The notes under the pieces: generated by a model
Databases searched by the model: none
What the model was told of the DNA's origin: nothing
The model's input: only the letters and a program-made list of their open reading frames with translations
Shown here: piece after piece, positions 38,010-46,874 of the stretch
Numbering within the stretch: position 1 is the stretch's first letter
How the letters are laid out: each line of letters begins with the position of its first letter
Virus record (IMG/VR): IMGVR_UViG_3300020577_008970
DNA: 64,000 nucleotides
Source: an uncultured virus (IMG/VR IMGVR_UViG_3300020577_008970)
Taxonomy: Duplodnaviria; Heunggongvirae; Uroviricota; Caudoviricetes
Direction: 5' to 3' (one strand)
Translations under genes and position numbers: made by a program

Positions 38010-38379
38010 CTTTATTCTTTGCTAACTCTTGCTCTACTTCGATATCCTTAGCTCCGCCGATGAGACTGTAAATTTGATTCTTTTCATCGTCGGTAAGATC
38101 GCGATCAACATACTTCAGCACGTTTTCCTTTTGTGCTTCATGCAATCGTCTTTCAAGTTTATTTTCTTCATATGCAAGTTTTTCTTGCACTTTTTTACTG
38201 CAGATACTATCGACAACTTTTAACGCTATAGAATTTCCATTAATAACCATCACGCAAAATTCATTAAGTGCATCTTGCATCGTCAAGTTTCGACGATCCA
38301 ATTCATATTTCAATTTTGCATGAGAGTCGACATCGAGCTTGATATGAATAAACTTACGATTGCCGATTATATTGTTCAT
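38002..38379 (-). CDS. Hypothetical protein, ribbon-helix-helix-like N-terminus
   Basis: RKFIHIKLD..SH..LK...LTMQD pattern. Confidence 0.55.
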   Translation of the reverse strand: MNNIIGNRKFIHIKLDVDSHAKLKYELDRRNLTMQDALNEFCVMVINGNSIALKVVDSICSKKVQEKLAYEENKLERRLHEAQKENVLKYVDRDLTDDEKNQIYSLIGGAKDIEVEQELAKNKGE

Positions 38380-38837
38380 CCAGCTAAACTTGGACCAGCC
38401 CGATCTGCGCCAGGTACATCCAACTCCTCTTGATCACTATTTGACTGTAAATCAAATTGCGCTGAAAGTACATCTTCGAGCAACTTGGCTTGCTCTTTTC
38501 CGTATTTGCTTCCCACAAAATTTAGAGCACGACGAACGACTGTTCCTTCGATATCAAAAAGATTGCTAAAATTTTCAGCTAATCTTGCAACTTCCGCTGC
38601 GAAATGTGGCATATTAAGCTCAGCAGCGGGCTTACTTGTATCATCTGATTTTTCATCTTTTTCGACGTCTTCGCCGTCATCATCTGCAGCTTCACTCACA
38701 CCCGCTTCAGCATCGATAAAATAACTGTCTAAGCCCATATCGAATGAATCATTCTCAAGCGCATTCCATTTTGGCTTATCAGCTTCCGCCAAGACCTCAA
38801 AGATCAACTGTCGCAATTGTCGCATATTAATTTTCAT
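38376..38837 (-). CDS. Hypothetical protein
   Basis: 153 aa starting MKINMRQLRQLIFEVLAEA. Confidence 0.7.
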   Translation of the reverse strand: MKINMRQLRQLIFEVLAEADKPKWNALENDSFDMGLDSYFIDAEAGVSEAADDDGEDVEKDEKSDDTSKPAAELNMPHFAAEVARLAENFSNLFDIEGTVVRRALNFVGSKYGKEQAKLLEDVLSAQFDLQSNSDQEELDVPGADRAGPSLAG

Positions 38838-38874
38838 TGTTACTCTCGATATTAATGTCTGGGGAATTGAGCCT

Positions 38875-39129
38875 CTATAGCTCGTGTTGTTTATATTTAT
38901 ATCCGTCTGCTCTCTGTATTATTTTACAGTTCTTATATGATATACCCTGAATAATATTCTGTCCAACAGTTATATTAAAACTTCCGCTTTTTCTTACAGC
39001 TACCCTTCCCACGTATTTTCCGATTTTTTTACCTTTTAGCACAACAGCTTTACCATTTCTGAGTAACTGATGTGCTCTTTTCCGACTACATGGCATAAGC
39101 GGTTTCTTGCTTTTACTTATCACAAACAC
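38875..39129 (-). pseudogene. iscB: Mini-IscB: PLMP domain fused in frame to the C-terminal domain, RuvC/HNH absent
   Basis: VFVISKSKKPLMPCSRKRAHQLLRNGKAVV joined to LKGKKIGKYVGRVAVRKSGSFNI...QGISYKNCKIIQRADGY. Confidence 0.88.
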
Positions 39130-39436
39130 CCTTGCGGGTTGAACCTTACGGTTCTCACAGTTAGTTACAACTGACGCTTCGTCGGCGGACTCTGCCGATG
39201 AAATCTCCCCTCGGGAAGTTACAAAGAGGTTGTCTATTTCAGCCTGACAGGTCTTTACCTTTACCTGAACTAAACTGGAATTTAGAGAGGGCGGAACTGA
39301 GGAAGCATTCCGCCGTCTTACTTTTACCTTTTCTGTGACGTTTACTTGTTTAAACATTTAGTCCTAACTAACAAGTTCCCTGGTCAATCTGACTTTTCTA
39401 TTGAAAAGCCACGACCTTGTGGTCGTAGCAATTGAC
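39130..39436 (-). ncRNA. omegaRNA / HEARO-like RNA scaffold
   Basis: GTCAA...TTGACCAG pairing, GAATGCTTCCTCAGTTC and CGAGGGGAGA motifs directly upstream of the PLMP ORF. Confidence 0.82.
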
Positions 39437-40173
39437 TACTTTAGCATCTCCGCCATCTGCTCTGCTTTTTTAACTCTCTCTTCAACGACTGGCCAATTAA
39501 TCTCTCGCATCATAGCGATAACATAACTTTGCTTATCATCGATAAAATCTTTGTAGTATGAATGACTCCACATATCGAGAACAAATATTGGATATAGGCC
39601 AAGCATCACATTCTGGTCATGTCCTGATACAATGCAATTGACATACTTTCGCAAAAAGACATTATATCCACAAACGACCCAACCTTCGCCAGCCGCCAAT
39701 GATGCAGCGATAAAGTGCCGTTGCCAATCTTCGAAAGATCCAAAGTCACGTTGCAACTTCATATATGACATAGAATCTGCATAAATTTCAGATTGCGGAT
39801 TAAAACAATTCGCAAAAAACAATTCATGCAGCCAAATAGCATTTAGTGTATTTGTTTCGCAAAGCTTCAATTCTCGATATGTCTGAGCCTGATCTGCATC
39901 TCTCGATGCCGAATCGATTTCAGCAGATGTCTTGTTGAAGAGCTCAACATACTTCTGATACAAACGCTTGTGAGCATCTTTCGCTTTTTGTGAAATTGAT
40001 TCAGATACTTGCTGATATGTTTTCGGTTGCGCGATTACAGCTTCATTAATCGCTGGTGCAACTTCTACGCTCTTCTTTTCTTCCTTACGAGAATCATCTC
40101 TAATAACGTTGAGTAAACCCGCACGTTTCAAAGAATCATCGACTATTTTCGATAATTGAATCTTTTTCATCAA
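39436..40173 (-). CDS. Fe/Mn superoxide dismutase family protein
   Basis: Ligands in AH..LY..YV, WLHELFF and LDMWSHSYY; DFGSFE.W, GW, INW. Confidence 0.88.
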   Translation of the reverse strand: MMKKIQLSKIVDDSLKRAGLLNVIRDDSRKEEKKSVEVAPAINEAVIAQPKTYQQVSESISQKAKDAHKRLYQKYVELFNKTSAEIDSASRDADQAQTYRELKLCETNTLNAIWLHELFFANCFNPQSEIYADSMSYMKLQRDFGSFEDWQRHFIAASLAAGEGWVVCGYNVFLRKYVNCIVSGHDQNVMLGLYPIFVLDMWSHSYYKDFIDDKQSYVIAMMREINWPVVEERVKKAEQMAEMLK

Positions 40174-40182
40174 TCTGAATCC

Positions 40183-40470
40183 TTAATCAAGCTCATATTC
40201 TTTTTCGAATGCCGCTTGACCGACTTCGAAAGTTTCATCATTCTCTGGACTGCGCAATACGACTTCACGATGTGAAACTGACTGTACTGTAAACACTGTC
40301 CCATCAGCTTTTCGACGAACACGAAGATCTTTACTTATCACATTTTCTGTGTCGCCATTGAATTTGTAATACATGTCCATCGATTCGATCAACGTATCGA
40401 CATGCTTTCGATATTCTTCTCTAAAGATATTAACAGCGACCGATTCTTTTAACAATTTGCTGATCTTCAT
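40183..40470 (-). CDS. Hypothetical protein
   Basis: Start reassigned to MKISKLLKES, downstream of an ATATTTA box. Confidence 0.6.
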   Translation of the reverse strand: MKISKLLKESVAVNIFREEYRKHVDTLIESMDMYYKFNGDTENVISKDLRVRRKADGTVFTVQSVSHREVVLRSPENDETFEVGQAAFEKEYELD

Positions 40471-40489
40471 GCGCACTCTTAAATATAGC

Positions 40490-40948
40490 TTACTTATCAA
40501 TGATCGTTGATATCGCATCCTCTATAGACATTACTTCGATGCCCACAGACCTCATGAGATTGATTCCTGACGTATCTCTATATTCTTCACCATAGATTAC
40601 GCGAGTGATTCCAGCGTTGATTACGAGCTTCGAGCACATCTTGCAACATGAATGTGTTACGTACATATGCTTCTTTTTATGAAAGTTATAATCACACTTG
40701 ATCAACGCATTTTCTTCCGCATGAATCAAAAAACTCTGCCCAGGCTCATCGCTCTCTCTACGATTCGGACCGCCTTTATAGTTCCCGTTATATCCAACAC
40801 TTAGAACTTGCGAATTATCTTCAGCAACGATGATGGCACCTACCTTTAGCGTTTCATCATATGAGCGTCTTGCTATCGATTTTGCCATATCCATCCATAT
40901 AGAACTCCACGACGGACGATTAGATAAATTCATTGCGTTACCTATCAC
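40490..40948 (-). CDS. dCMP deaminase family protein
   Basis: RPSW, VGA, GYNG, HAEENA, CCKMC. Confidence 0.92.
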   Translation of the reverse strand: MIGNAMNLSNRPSWSSIWMDMAKSIARRSYDETLKVGAIIVAEDNSQVLSVGYNGNYKGGPNRRESDEPGQSFLIHAEENALIKCDYNFHKKKHMYVTHSCCKMCSKLVINAGITRVIYGEEYRDTSGINLMRSVGIEVMSIEDAISTIIDK

Positions 40949-41565
40949 TCAAATTCGTCAACATCATTTAGATGTGTAAAATGCTTAAAACAACGAGGCT
41001 CATAGAGCTCAGAACCGCCAACAACAATTTCATCGTCATTCTTTACTTTTTTATGTGTGTAATATGCATTAGATCCGCACACTGAACAAACTGAAATGCA
41101 TTTATCAATTTGCGTTGCAAAAGGAAGAATCTTCTGAACTTCTTCGAATGGTTTTCCAGTCGCTGAAAGATCTAATGTCGAAACTACAATTGTGAAACCT
41201 TTTTTGAATAACCAAATCAACACATCAGCAGAACCTTGAATCATGAACTGCTCATCGACTACGATAACTTCGTAATCAAGATTCGAATCTGCGAGAAACT
41301 TCAAAATATCTGCACCCTTAGCAACAACATGTGCAGGATATTTCCAGCCCATATGCGTAGTGATATCTGCAACAGAATATCTTGAATCGATCATAGGTTT
41401 GAATGCTACGACTTTACGATTCTGATATTTCATTCGATCAAGCGTGAGCATTAACTTCGTCGTTTTTCCGGCGAACATCGCTCCTGTATAAACAATAAAT
41501 TCGTGTGTGCTCATTAGAATGTATCTTACATTATTTTCGATATCGTATTGCTCACAACATAGCAT
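40945..41565 (-). CDS. tdk: Thymidine kinase (start probably near 41514)
   Basis: GAMFAGKTT, FKP.ID.RY, DEQF, C..C, GG.E.YEPRC..H. Confidence 0.93.
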   Translation of the reverse strand: MLCCEQYDIENNVRYILMSTHEFIVYTGAMFAGKTTKLMLTLDRMKYQNRKVVAFKPMIDSRYSVADITTHMGWKYPAHVVAKGADILKFLADSNLDYEVIVVDEQFMIQGSADVLIWLFKKGFTIVVSTLDLSATGKPFEEVQKILPFATQIDKCISVCSVCGSNAYYTHKKVKNDDEIVVGGSELYEPRCFKHFTHLNDVDEFE

Positions 41566-42533
41566 TGATTATGCAAGTTATTCATCAGATCATTTTCGTA
41601 TGATGCGAATCCTAGCTTCTTAGCTCTATGCGCCAGTAAGATCAATGCCCAATCTTTCCAATATGGATCTAACTGCGAATATGTAATGTCAGATTCTATT
41701 GTTACTAATTCTTCAAGCGTCTCTACATTCCTTGCATGAAACTGAAACTCATCAAGTTCGTAGATAGGAAGTTGTTTTGGCAGAGGTGGCATAGCCATGT
41801 CTGTGATGTCGCGAACATGATGCTGATCTGTCGAATATTCTCTGCAAATTTTTTCGGCCATCTCGAAATGACGCTCATAAATGTGAAGACTATTACTTAC
41901 ATGCATATATGAGCCTACGGCTACACCTAGCTGTTGTGCCATAAGTTCTTGCAATAACGTGAAAGCAGGAACATCATAGCTAATTCCAAATATTAAATCG
42001 GACGATCGCATGGATGCAACAAGATGCAGTGCTTTATCACGAATAAAAAACTGCAATGTCAATGTGCAGGGCATATCTTTCTTAGCATCAACAGAATCTT
42101 GTGGATGGCGAATATGAATTACTGCACGACGTGAATCAGAATCTTTCTGCAATTCATTAATCACGTATTCCCACTGGACAAAATCAATTAGAGGATGCTT
42201 TTTGAAGATCCTTGCGCCATAAGCAGAATTTGCTGTGGTACCATCATCACTGATATTTTTCCAAAATGACGAATAATTCGATATCCATTCTGTTTGATTA
42301 TTTCCAAGCAAATACCAAAGCATTTCAGCAATGCAATACTGAACTGAAAAGCCTCGGTGTGGAATATACAAAAGCCTATCTAGCGGATTGTCGATAGTAA
42401 ATGTTTCACACAATCGTTCTTTTATAGCATAACCCCGAGGTGCAGATTTATACTCGAAACGATTGTTAACATCGTCAACAAGTGTGTAGTACGCTGAATT
42501 GAAGTTTTTGTATGATTCCATTCGCTTAATCAT
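41526..42533 (-). CDS. Thymidylate-synthase superfamily enzyme, predicted dCMP hydroxymethylase/modifier
   Basis: NSAYG, SRRA, KDMPCT, QFFIR, MRSSDLIFGISYD (Asp at the ThyA Asn177 position), SLHIYE. Confidence 0.85.
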   Translation of the reverse strand: MIKRMESYKNFNSAYYTLVDDVNNRFEYKSAPRGYAIKERLCETFTIDNPLDRLLYIPHRGFSVQYCIAEMLWYLLGNNQTEWISNYSSFWKNISDDGTTANSAYGARIFKKHPLIDFVQWEYVINELQKDSDSRRAVIHIRHPQDSVDAKKDMPCTLTLQFFIRDKALHLVASMRSSDLIFGISYDVPAFTLLQELMAQQLGVAVGSYMHVSNSLHIYERHFEMAEKICREYSTDQHHVRDITDMAMPPLPKQLPIYELDEFQFHARNVETLEELVTIESDITYSQLDPYWKDWALILLAHRAKKLGFASYENDLMNNLHNQCYVVSNTISKIM

Positions 42534-42548
42534 TTCGAGTTATTTCGT

Positions 42549-43496
42549 TTAGAACAACAAGCTTTTCATGGCCCAATTGTGTGTCTTCTCTAAACCGTCC
42601 CAAAACTTGACCAGTGGGACATAACCTAGCACATTTTTAGACTTATCAATCGATGCCAATGTATGCTTAACATCTCCTGGACGCTCTGGTGCATTAACTG
42701 TTACAGCGTTTGGATAACGTTGTTTAAACCATGCTAGCACTTCGTTATTCGAGACGCTTTCACCTGTCGCTGCATTGAACACATCACCGCGGAAAGTATT
42801 ACTACAACTTGCTGCTCTAACAAACATATCAACAACATTGTCAACATAGGTCATATCCCTCGTTTGCATACCATCGCCATCTGAACGTAGTGGTGTATTG
42901 TGTTTAATCGAATGCAACCATGATGAAACTGCTGTGCTATATGCACTTTTACCTAACTGATTTGGACCAAAAACATTAAACGGTCTTATGCTAACTGTGT
43001 CTAGACCATACAGTTCGCCAAACATTTTGCAAAACTGTTCCGTGATTAGCTTTTGCAAACCATAAGGTGACCTAGGATTTGTCTCGTATGTTTCTTTCGA
43101 AGGCAATGAAGTATTTTTCGTGATATTTCCATACACAGAAGATGATGATGTGTTGACGAATCGCTTTACATTGCCTCTGCACGATTCAAGTAATCGCACA
43201 GTCTTATTCACATTAACGTCTGTCGTTGCCGCAGGATTCTCAACACTGTAACCAACTCTTGGAAGTGCAGCAAGATGGAATACAACATCAAACTTTTGCT
43301 TTTCAATATCTCTAATCACGTGATGATCTGTAAAGTCAGAGATATGGACGTTAGTGATTGGCGTTCCATCCATAATGAATCGCTGGTTACCACTTGAAAG
43401 ATTATCTACTACAGATACCGTATGACCCTCGGCACACAATCTATGAACAAGATTACTTCCAATAAATCCGTAGCCACCTGTCACTAAACATCTCAT
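42549..43496 (-). CDS. NAD-dependent nucleotide-sugar 4-epimerase (extended SDR)
   Basis: TGGYGFIGS, HLAA, SSSSVYG, YGLQK, NVFGP. Confidence 0.92.
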   Translation of the reverse strand: MRCLVTGGYGFIGSNLVHRLCAEGHTVSVVDNLSSGNQRFIMDGTPITNVHISDFTDHHVIRDIEKQKFDVVFHLAALPRVGYSVENPAATTDVNVNKTVRLLESCRGNVKRFVNTSSSSVYGNITKNTSLPSKETYETNPRSPYGLQKLITEQFCKMFGELYGLDTVSIRPFNVFGPNQLGKSAYSTAVSSWLHSIKHNTPLRSDGDGMQTRDMTYVDNVVDMFVRAASCSNTFRGDVFNAATGESVSNNEVLAWFKQRYPNAVTVNAPERPGDVKHTLASIDKSKNVLGYVPLVKFWDGLEKTHNWAMKSLLF

Positions 43497-44080
43497 TTCT
43501 TCACCTGTTGAAAAATAAACTTCTTAACTTGATCGACTTGCTTTTGCAGATCTTCGTCATCTACGATCAGCCACATTACATCACAAACAGTAAAATTTGT
43601 AAACGATCGATATAGTTCGCGAATAGAATTCAGTTTCTGACCATCAAGGTGATCTGGAAATGTATCATCAACGATATTTCCATATTCAGACCTTACACAA
43701 ACTACAATCTTGGCATTCAATTCACCATAAGCATGATCGGCTCGAGCTATAGCTTCGATATCTGTCTCACGTCCAAAGGCTTTCGAATATACCCACTCAC
43801 AAGGATATCCACGATCCAAAAGAACAGACGATTTAGTTTGCTTTAGATATGATGTAAAAAATGGCTCAGCATATCTGATTGTATTGGTAAAGTATTCTTT
43901 CGGATTCAAGAACTGCTTTTTGTCTGTATCATTCTTGAAATAGGGTATACTTGTCTGTCTCGAAAGTTCCTGCGCAATATTAGTTTTCCCAGACATATCT
44001 GGACCAACGAATAAAACAACATGCTGGTGATTCATATTCATCGCTTCAATTCTATTGCTTTTTGAATATTTGTTTTCCAT
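43493..44080 (-). CDS. dNMP kinase (thymidylate kinase-like)
   Basis: GPDMSGKT P-loop, LDR...EWVY. Confidence 0.82.
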   Translation of the reverse strand: MENKYSKSNRIEAMNMNHQHVVLFVGPDMSGKTNIAQELSRQTSIPYFKNDTDKKQFLNPKEYFTNTIRYAEPFFTSYLKQTKSSVLLDRGYPCEWVYSKAFGRETDIEAIARADHAYGELNAKIVVCVRSEYGNIVDDTFPDHLDGQKLNSIRELYRSFTNFTVCDVMWLIVDDEDLQKQVDQVKKFIFQQVKK

Positions 44081-45698
44081 TTAAGTCGACGATCGAATCT
44101 ATAAATGCTTTCGGAAATAGAAATGCATACTTCCTAAAGAACTCCTCTGCACATTCATCCAAAATATATGTTATAGCCCAGTCTGATTCATTCCTAATCG
44201 ATCTTCCTGACGCTTGGATGATGGTCTGCGCAGTAACGTAAGGGTAGAATAAAGGATCTTTCTCAAGCTTTTTCTTTATCAACTGATCTGCTAACGACGG
44301 ATATGGAATCTTACAGAATATTTGAAATCTGCTCAGATCATCTTTCAGATCGACACCTTCCATCATCGAAGGTGAAACAAGAACTGTCGGCGTCTTGAGC
44401 TTCACATGCTGTTTATAGATTTCTTCTCTGTTTACTCCACGTTGCTGAACGAGCATACGACGATTCTTAATTTTTGTGCCGATCGCTTCCGTAATACGAA
44501 AGTTGGCTGCATGGCAAAGCCCTTTTTCGTCTTTATGCATATTGATGATTTCGGCGATTACATCTACCATCTTGTCGATATTTTTCTCAATATGAGAATA
44601 TGACATTTTACCAACAGGTGCATAGATGATAGGCTTATTTTCAGATTTGAATGGCGATTCCAGCGAAAGATATGCTGTCTTGCTTGGATCTAATCCAAGA
44701 GTCTTGAAGTAGTAATCTTTATTCAGAATCGTTGCCGACATCAAAATTTTCTTTGCACCGAATTTCAACAGCGATTCTTCAACCCATGAAGAAACATCAA
44801 TCGGTTTAAACTCATACACTGTCCCATCATCTTGAATGTTTATGATCCAATTTGATGGTTCCCAGATTTGCTGCATTCTGTGAATTTTACAGATGTGCTT
44901 GTCTAACAATTCAAGTCGATCTGAATACTGTAACAACTTCTTTTCGTCTTTTGCTTTTTCGATATCGACGACAAGCTTTGAAATGTATTTTGCAATAGCT
45001 GGTTCGTATGTTGAGCATATCCATTTGTAAATCTCATTCGTATTCGAACTTTGCAAAAATTCGATGTTCAAAACAGATTCACAAAAGTTTTGTGTTATTC
45101 GCAGTTCGACATGCTTCGATACTTGAAGTGTCACATTATGAGCTTCATCAACAACAATCAGCCTTCTCGGCTTGAGATGTCCAGCGTATGCGGTCTCTGA
45201 CATGAAATATGCGTAATTGGTCACACCCAGCTGAGCTTTTATAAATGCTTGCTTTTGCTTTTTATAGCCACACATCTTTCTGCAAACATTTCGTGGACCA
45301 GGTGGGAATCGATCACCCAACGCTTTATACACACGTAATGATGCAGAACACTTCGATCCAGGTCGGCCATGGCAATCATGATTCGATGAAGAAATAAGAT
45401 TATGCATGTTGTTTGGTTCACATGCGAAATCCTTCATGTATTGTTCCTGCAATATCTTTTGTGATGTCAGAATGTATGACCCATTCTCAAACAATTCTTC
45501 GTCAAGCCCGTCAAATGGATGATCACAAACATATCTTGCAACTGTCGTTGCTATAGCCGACTTTCCAATCCCTAACCCAAGATCAAGAACAATCACATTT
45601 TTATCAGCATCGTACAATTGCTCTAAAACAAAATTGATTGCTGCTATTTGCTCGATTCGTGGTTCTGCAAACGGAAAATAATCTTTCCAGTTTTTCAT
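44052..45698 (-). CDS. DinG/XPD-family SF2 helicase
   Basis: G.GKS, LQEQY, Cys cluster, DEAH, MSAT, EGVD, K.PYP, QASGRSIR. Confidence 0.92.
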   Translation of the reverse strand: MKNWKDYFPFAEPRIEQIAAINFVLEQLYDADKNVIVLDLGLGIGKSAIATTVARYVCDHPFDGLDEELFENGSYILTSQKILQEQYMKDFACEPNNMHNLISSSNHDCHGRPGSKCSASLRVYKALGDRFPPGPRNVCRKMCGYKKQKQAFIKAQLGVTNYAYFMSETAYAGHLKPRRLIVVDEAHNVTLQVSKHVELRITQNFCESVLNIEFLQSSNTNEIYKWICSTYEPAIAKYISKLVVDIEKAKDEKKLLQYSDRLELLDKHICKIHRMQQIWEPSNWIINIQDDGTVYEFKPIDVSSWVEESLLKFGAKKILMSATILNKDYYFKTLGLDPSKTAYLSLESPFKSENKPIIYAPVGKMSYSHIEKNIDKMVDVIAEIINMHKDEKGLCHAANFRITEAIGTKIKNRRMLVQQRGVNREEIYKQHVKLKTPTVLVSPSMMEGVDLKDDLSRFQIFCKIPYPSLADQLIKKKLEKDPLFYPYVTAQTIIQASGRSIRNESDWAITYILDECAEEFFRKYAFLFPKAFIDSIVDLNGKQIFKKQ

Positions 45699-45767
45699 AA
45701 AACTCTTTCAACGACTTTTTGCAGCCGACAGATATTGTTTCTCTAAGAAGATGCTAACACAAGACAA

Positions 45768-46874
45768 TCATCGTATACACGACAAAATCACATCAATCTT
45801 CTTTTCTGGCGAAAAATCATCGATCGACTTCAACGCCAACTTTTGCTCTATAACAAGCTCATTTCGAGATCGTTTTGGTAAACCTGCTAACCATTTTACT
45901 TTCTGGACGACATCTTCTGATGAAGAGACACCAAGAACACCATTTAGCGACATTCTTTGCAGGTATAGATGTTCTTGCGGGATCAGCATGGGGGTATTAG
46001 AGCAAATTCCCTCGTATGTTCTGAGTGCAACGAGACCATGCTCGTAATAATCAAATTTCGATATCGCAATCGAACATAACGAATCGCTAAGCACTTGCAT
46101 ACATGCATGATAATTTTTGCGACCGCCAAAAGAAACAGATGGAAAACGCTGGATTAGCTCTTTGGGATCATCTCTGCCGAATGCTGATTCAAGCCAGTTC
46201 CCGTATACACTTGTCTGCACACCAAGTCTTCGAAGATCATGTGACGGCTGTCCAATATATTTGAGGAACTGTTTTGGACGCTCGTAATTGTTTCCAGCAT
46301 ACACATATTCGTATGCATGTTCTTTAGTAGATGTTGTGATTTGCTTATAATCAAATGCCCAATAGATCTGAATTCGACTCTTTCTCTGCTTTTTTCTGTT
46401 CATATCTGGCACGCCCAAGGACGGTTCAGAAATGATCATATTCGGCCAGCGTTGCTCATCTTCGACTGTCAATTTCAAATCTGCGTCATGAACTATGACT
46501 GGTGTTCCTCGTGAAAGATATGTGTCAAGTAGCTCAACTTGACGATCCCAGTCAGGCTCTGGAATTCGACCATCAACTCCAAGTGTAGATGATTGTTGCC
46601 ATCGCCATTCGACGAACAAAACATCTAATTCAGGAAATTCTTTATCTTCATAAATCACGCCAGGATACGGATCTGCTTCCCTGCGCTTCTGTACTGCATA
46701 GACTTGACAACCTCGCTTTTGCAGTTCTTCAACAACAAGATATCTTTCGCCTACACCCACAAAACCTGTCGTCGCAACAGATGATGCTTTTTCTGGCTTT
46801 TCTAAAATTCCCCAAAACGAATATCCAACACGAAGTTGTCTAGACATGCTTGATTTCCTCTGCGAAGTAAGCAA
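45768..46874 (-). CDS. Putative GT-B glycosyltransferase (phage DNA-base glycosyltransferase-like); start probably 46847
   Basis: RVGYSFWG, DVLFVEWRW, YAGNNYER, YGNW, G...R.YE; location between kinase/helicase and sugar-nucleotide genes. Confidence 0.6.
   Translation of the reverse strand: MLTSQRKSSMSRQLRVGYSFWGILEKPEKASSVATTGFVGVGERYLVVEELQKRGCQVYAVQKRREADPYPGVIYEDKEFPELDVLFVEWRWQQSSTLGVDGRIPEPDWDRQVELLDTYLSRGTPVIVHDADLKLTVEDEQRWPNMIISEPSLGVPDMNRKKQRKSRIQIYWAFDYKQITTSTKEHAYEYVYAGNNYERPKQFLKYIGQPSHDLRRLGVQTSVYGNWLESAFGRDDPKELIQRFPSVSFGGRKNYHACMQVLSDSLCSIAISKFDYYEHGLVALRTYEGICSNTPMLIPQEHLYLQRMSLNGVLGVSSSEDVVQKVKWLAGLPKRSRNELVIEQKLALKSIDDFSPEKKIDVILSCIR

Larger units (their letters stand above)
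38838..39436 (-). mobile_element. Internally deleted IscB (OMEGA) element, ~599 bp
   Basis: Starts GTCAA plus terminal hairpin GCTACGACC-ACAA-GGTCGTGGC; omegaRNA; mini-iscB; downstream boundary inferred just before ATGAA. Confidence 0.8.

Noticed and set aside
39130..39357. N-terminal 76 aa of the 160-aa ORF as real protein
   Set aside because: It runs through the omegaRNA scaffold; IscB homology starts at VFV...PLMP
41526..42533. Ordinary thyA
   Set aside because: Asp replaces the dUMP-specifying Asn, and the context is kinase plus glycosyltransferase
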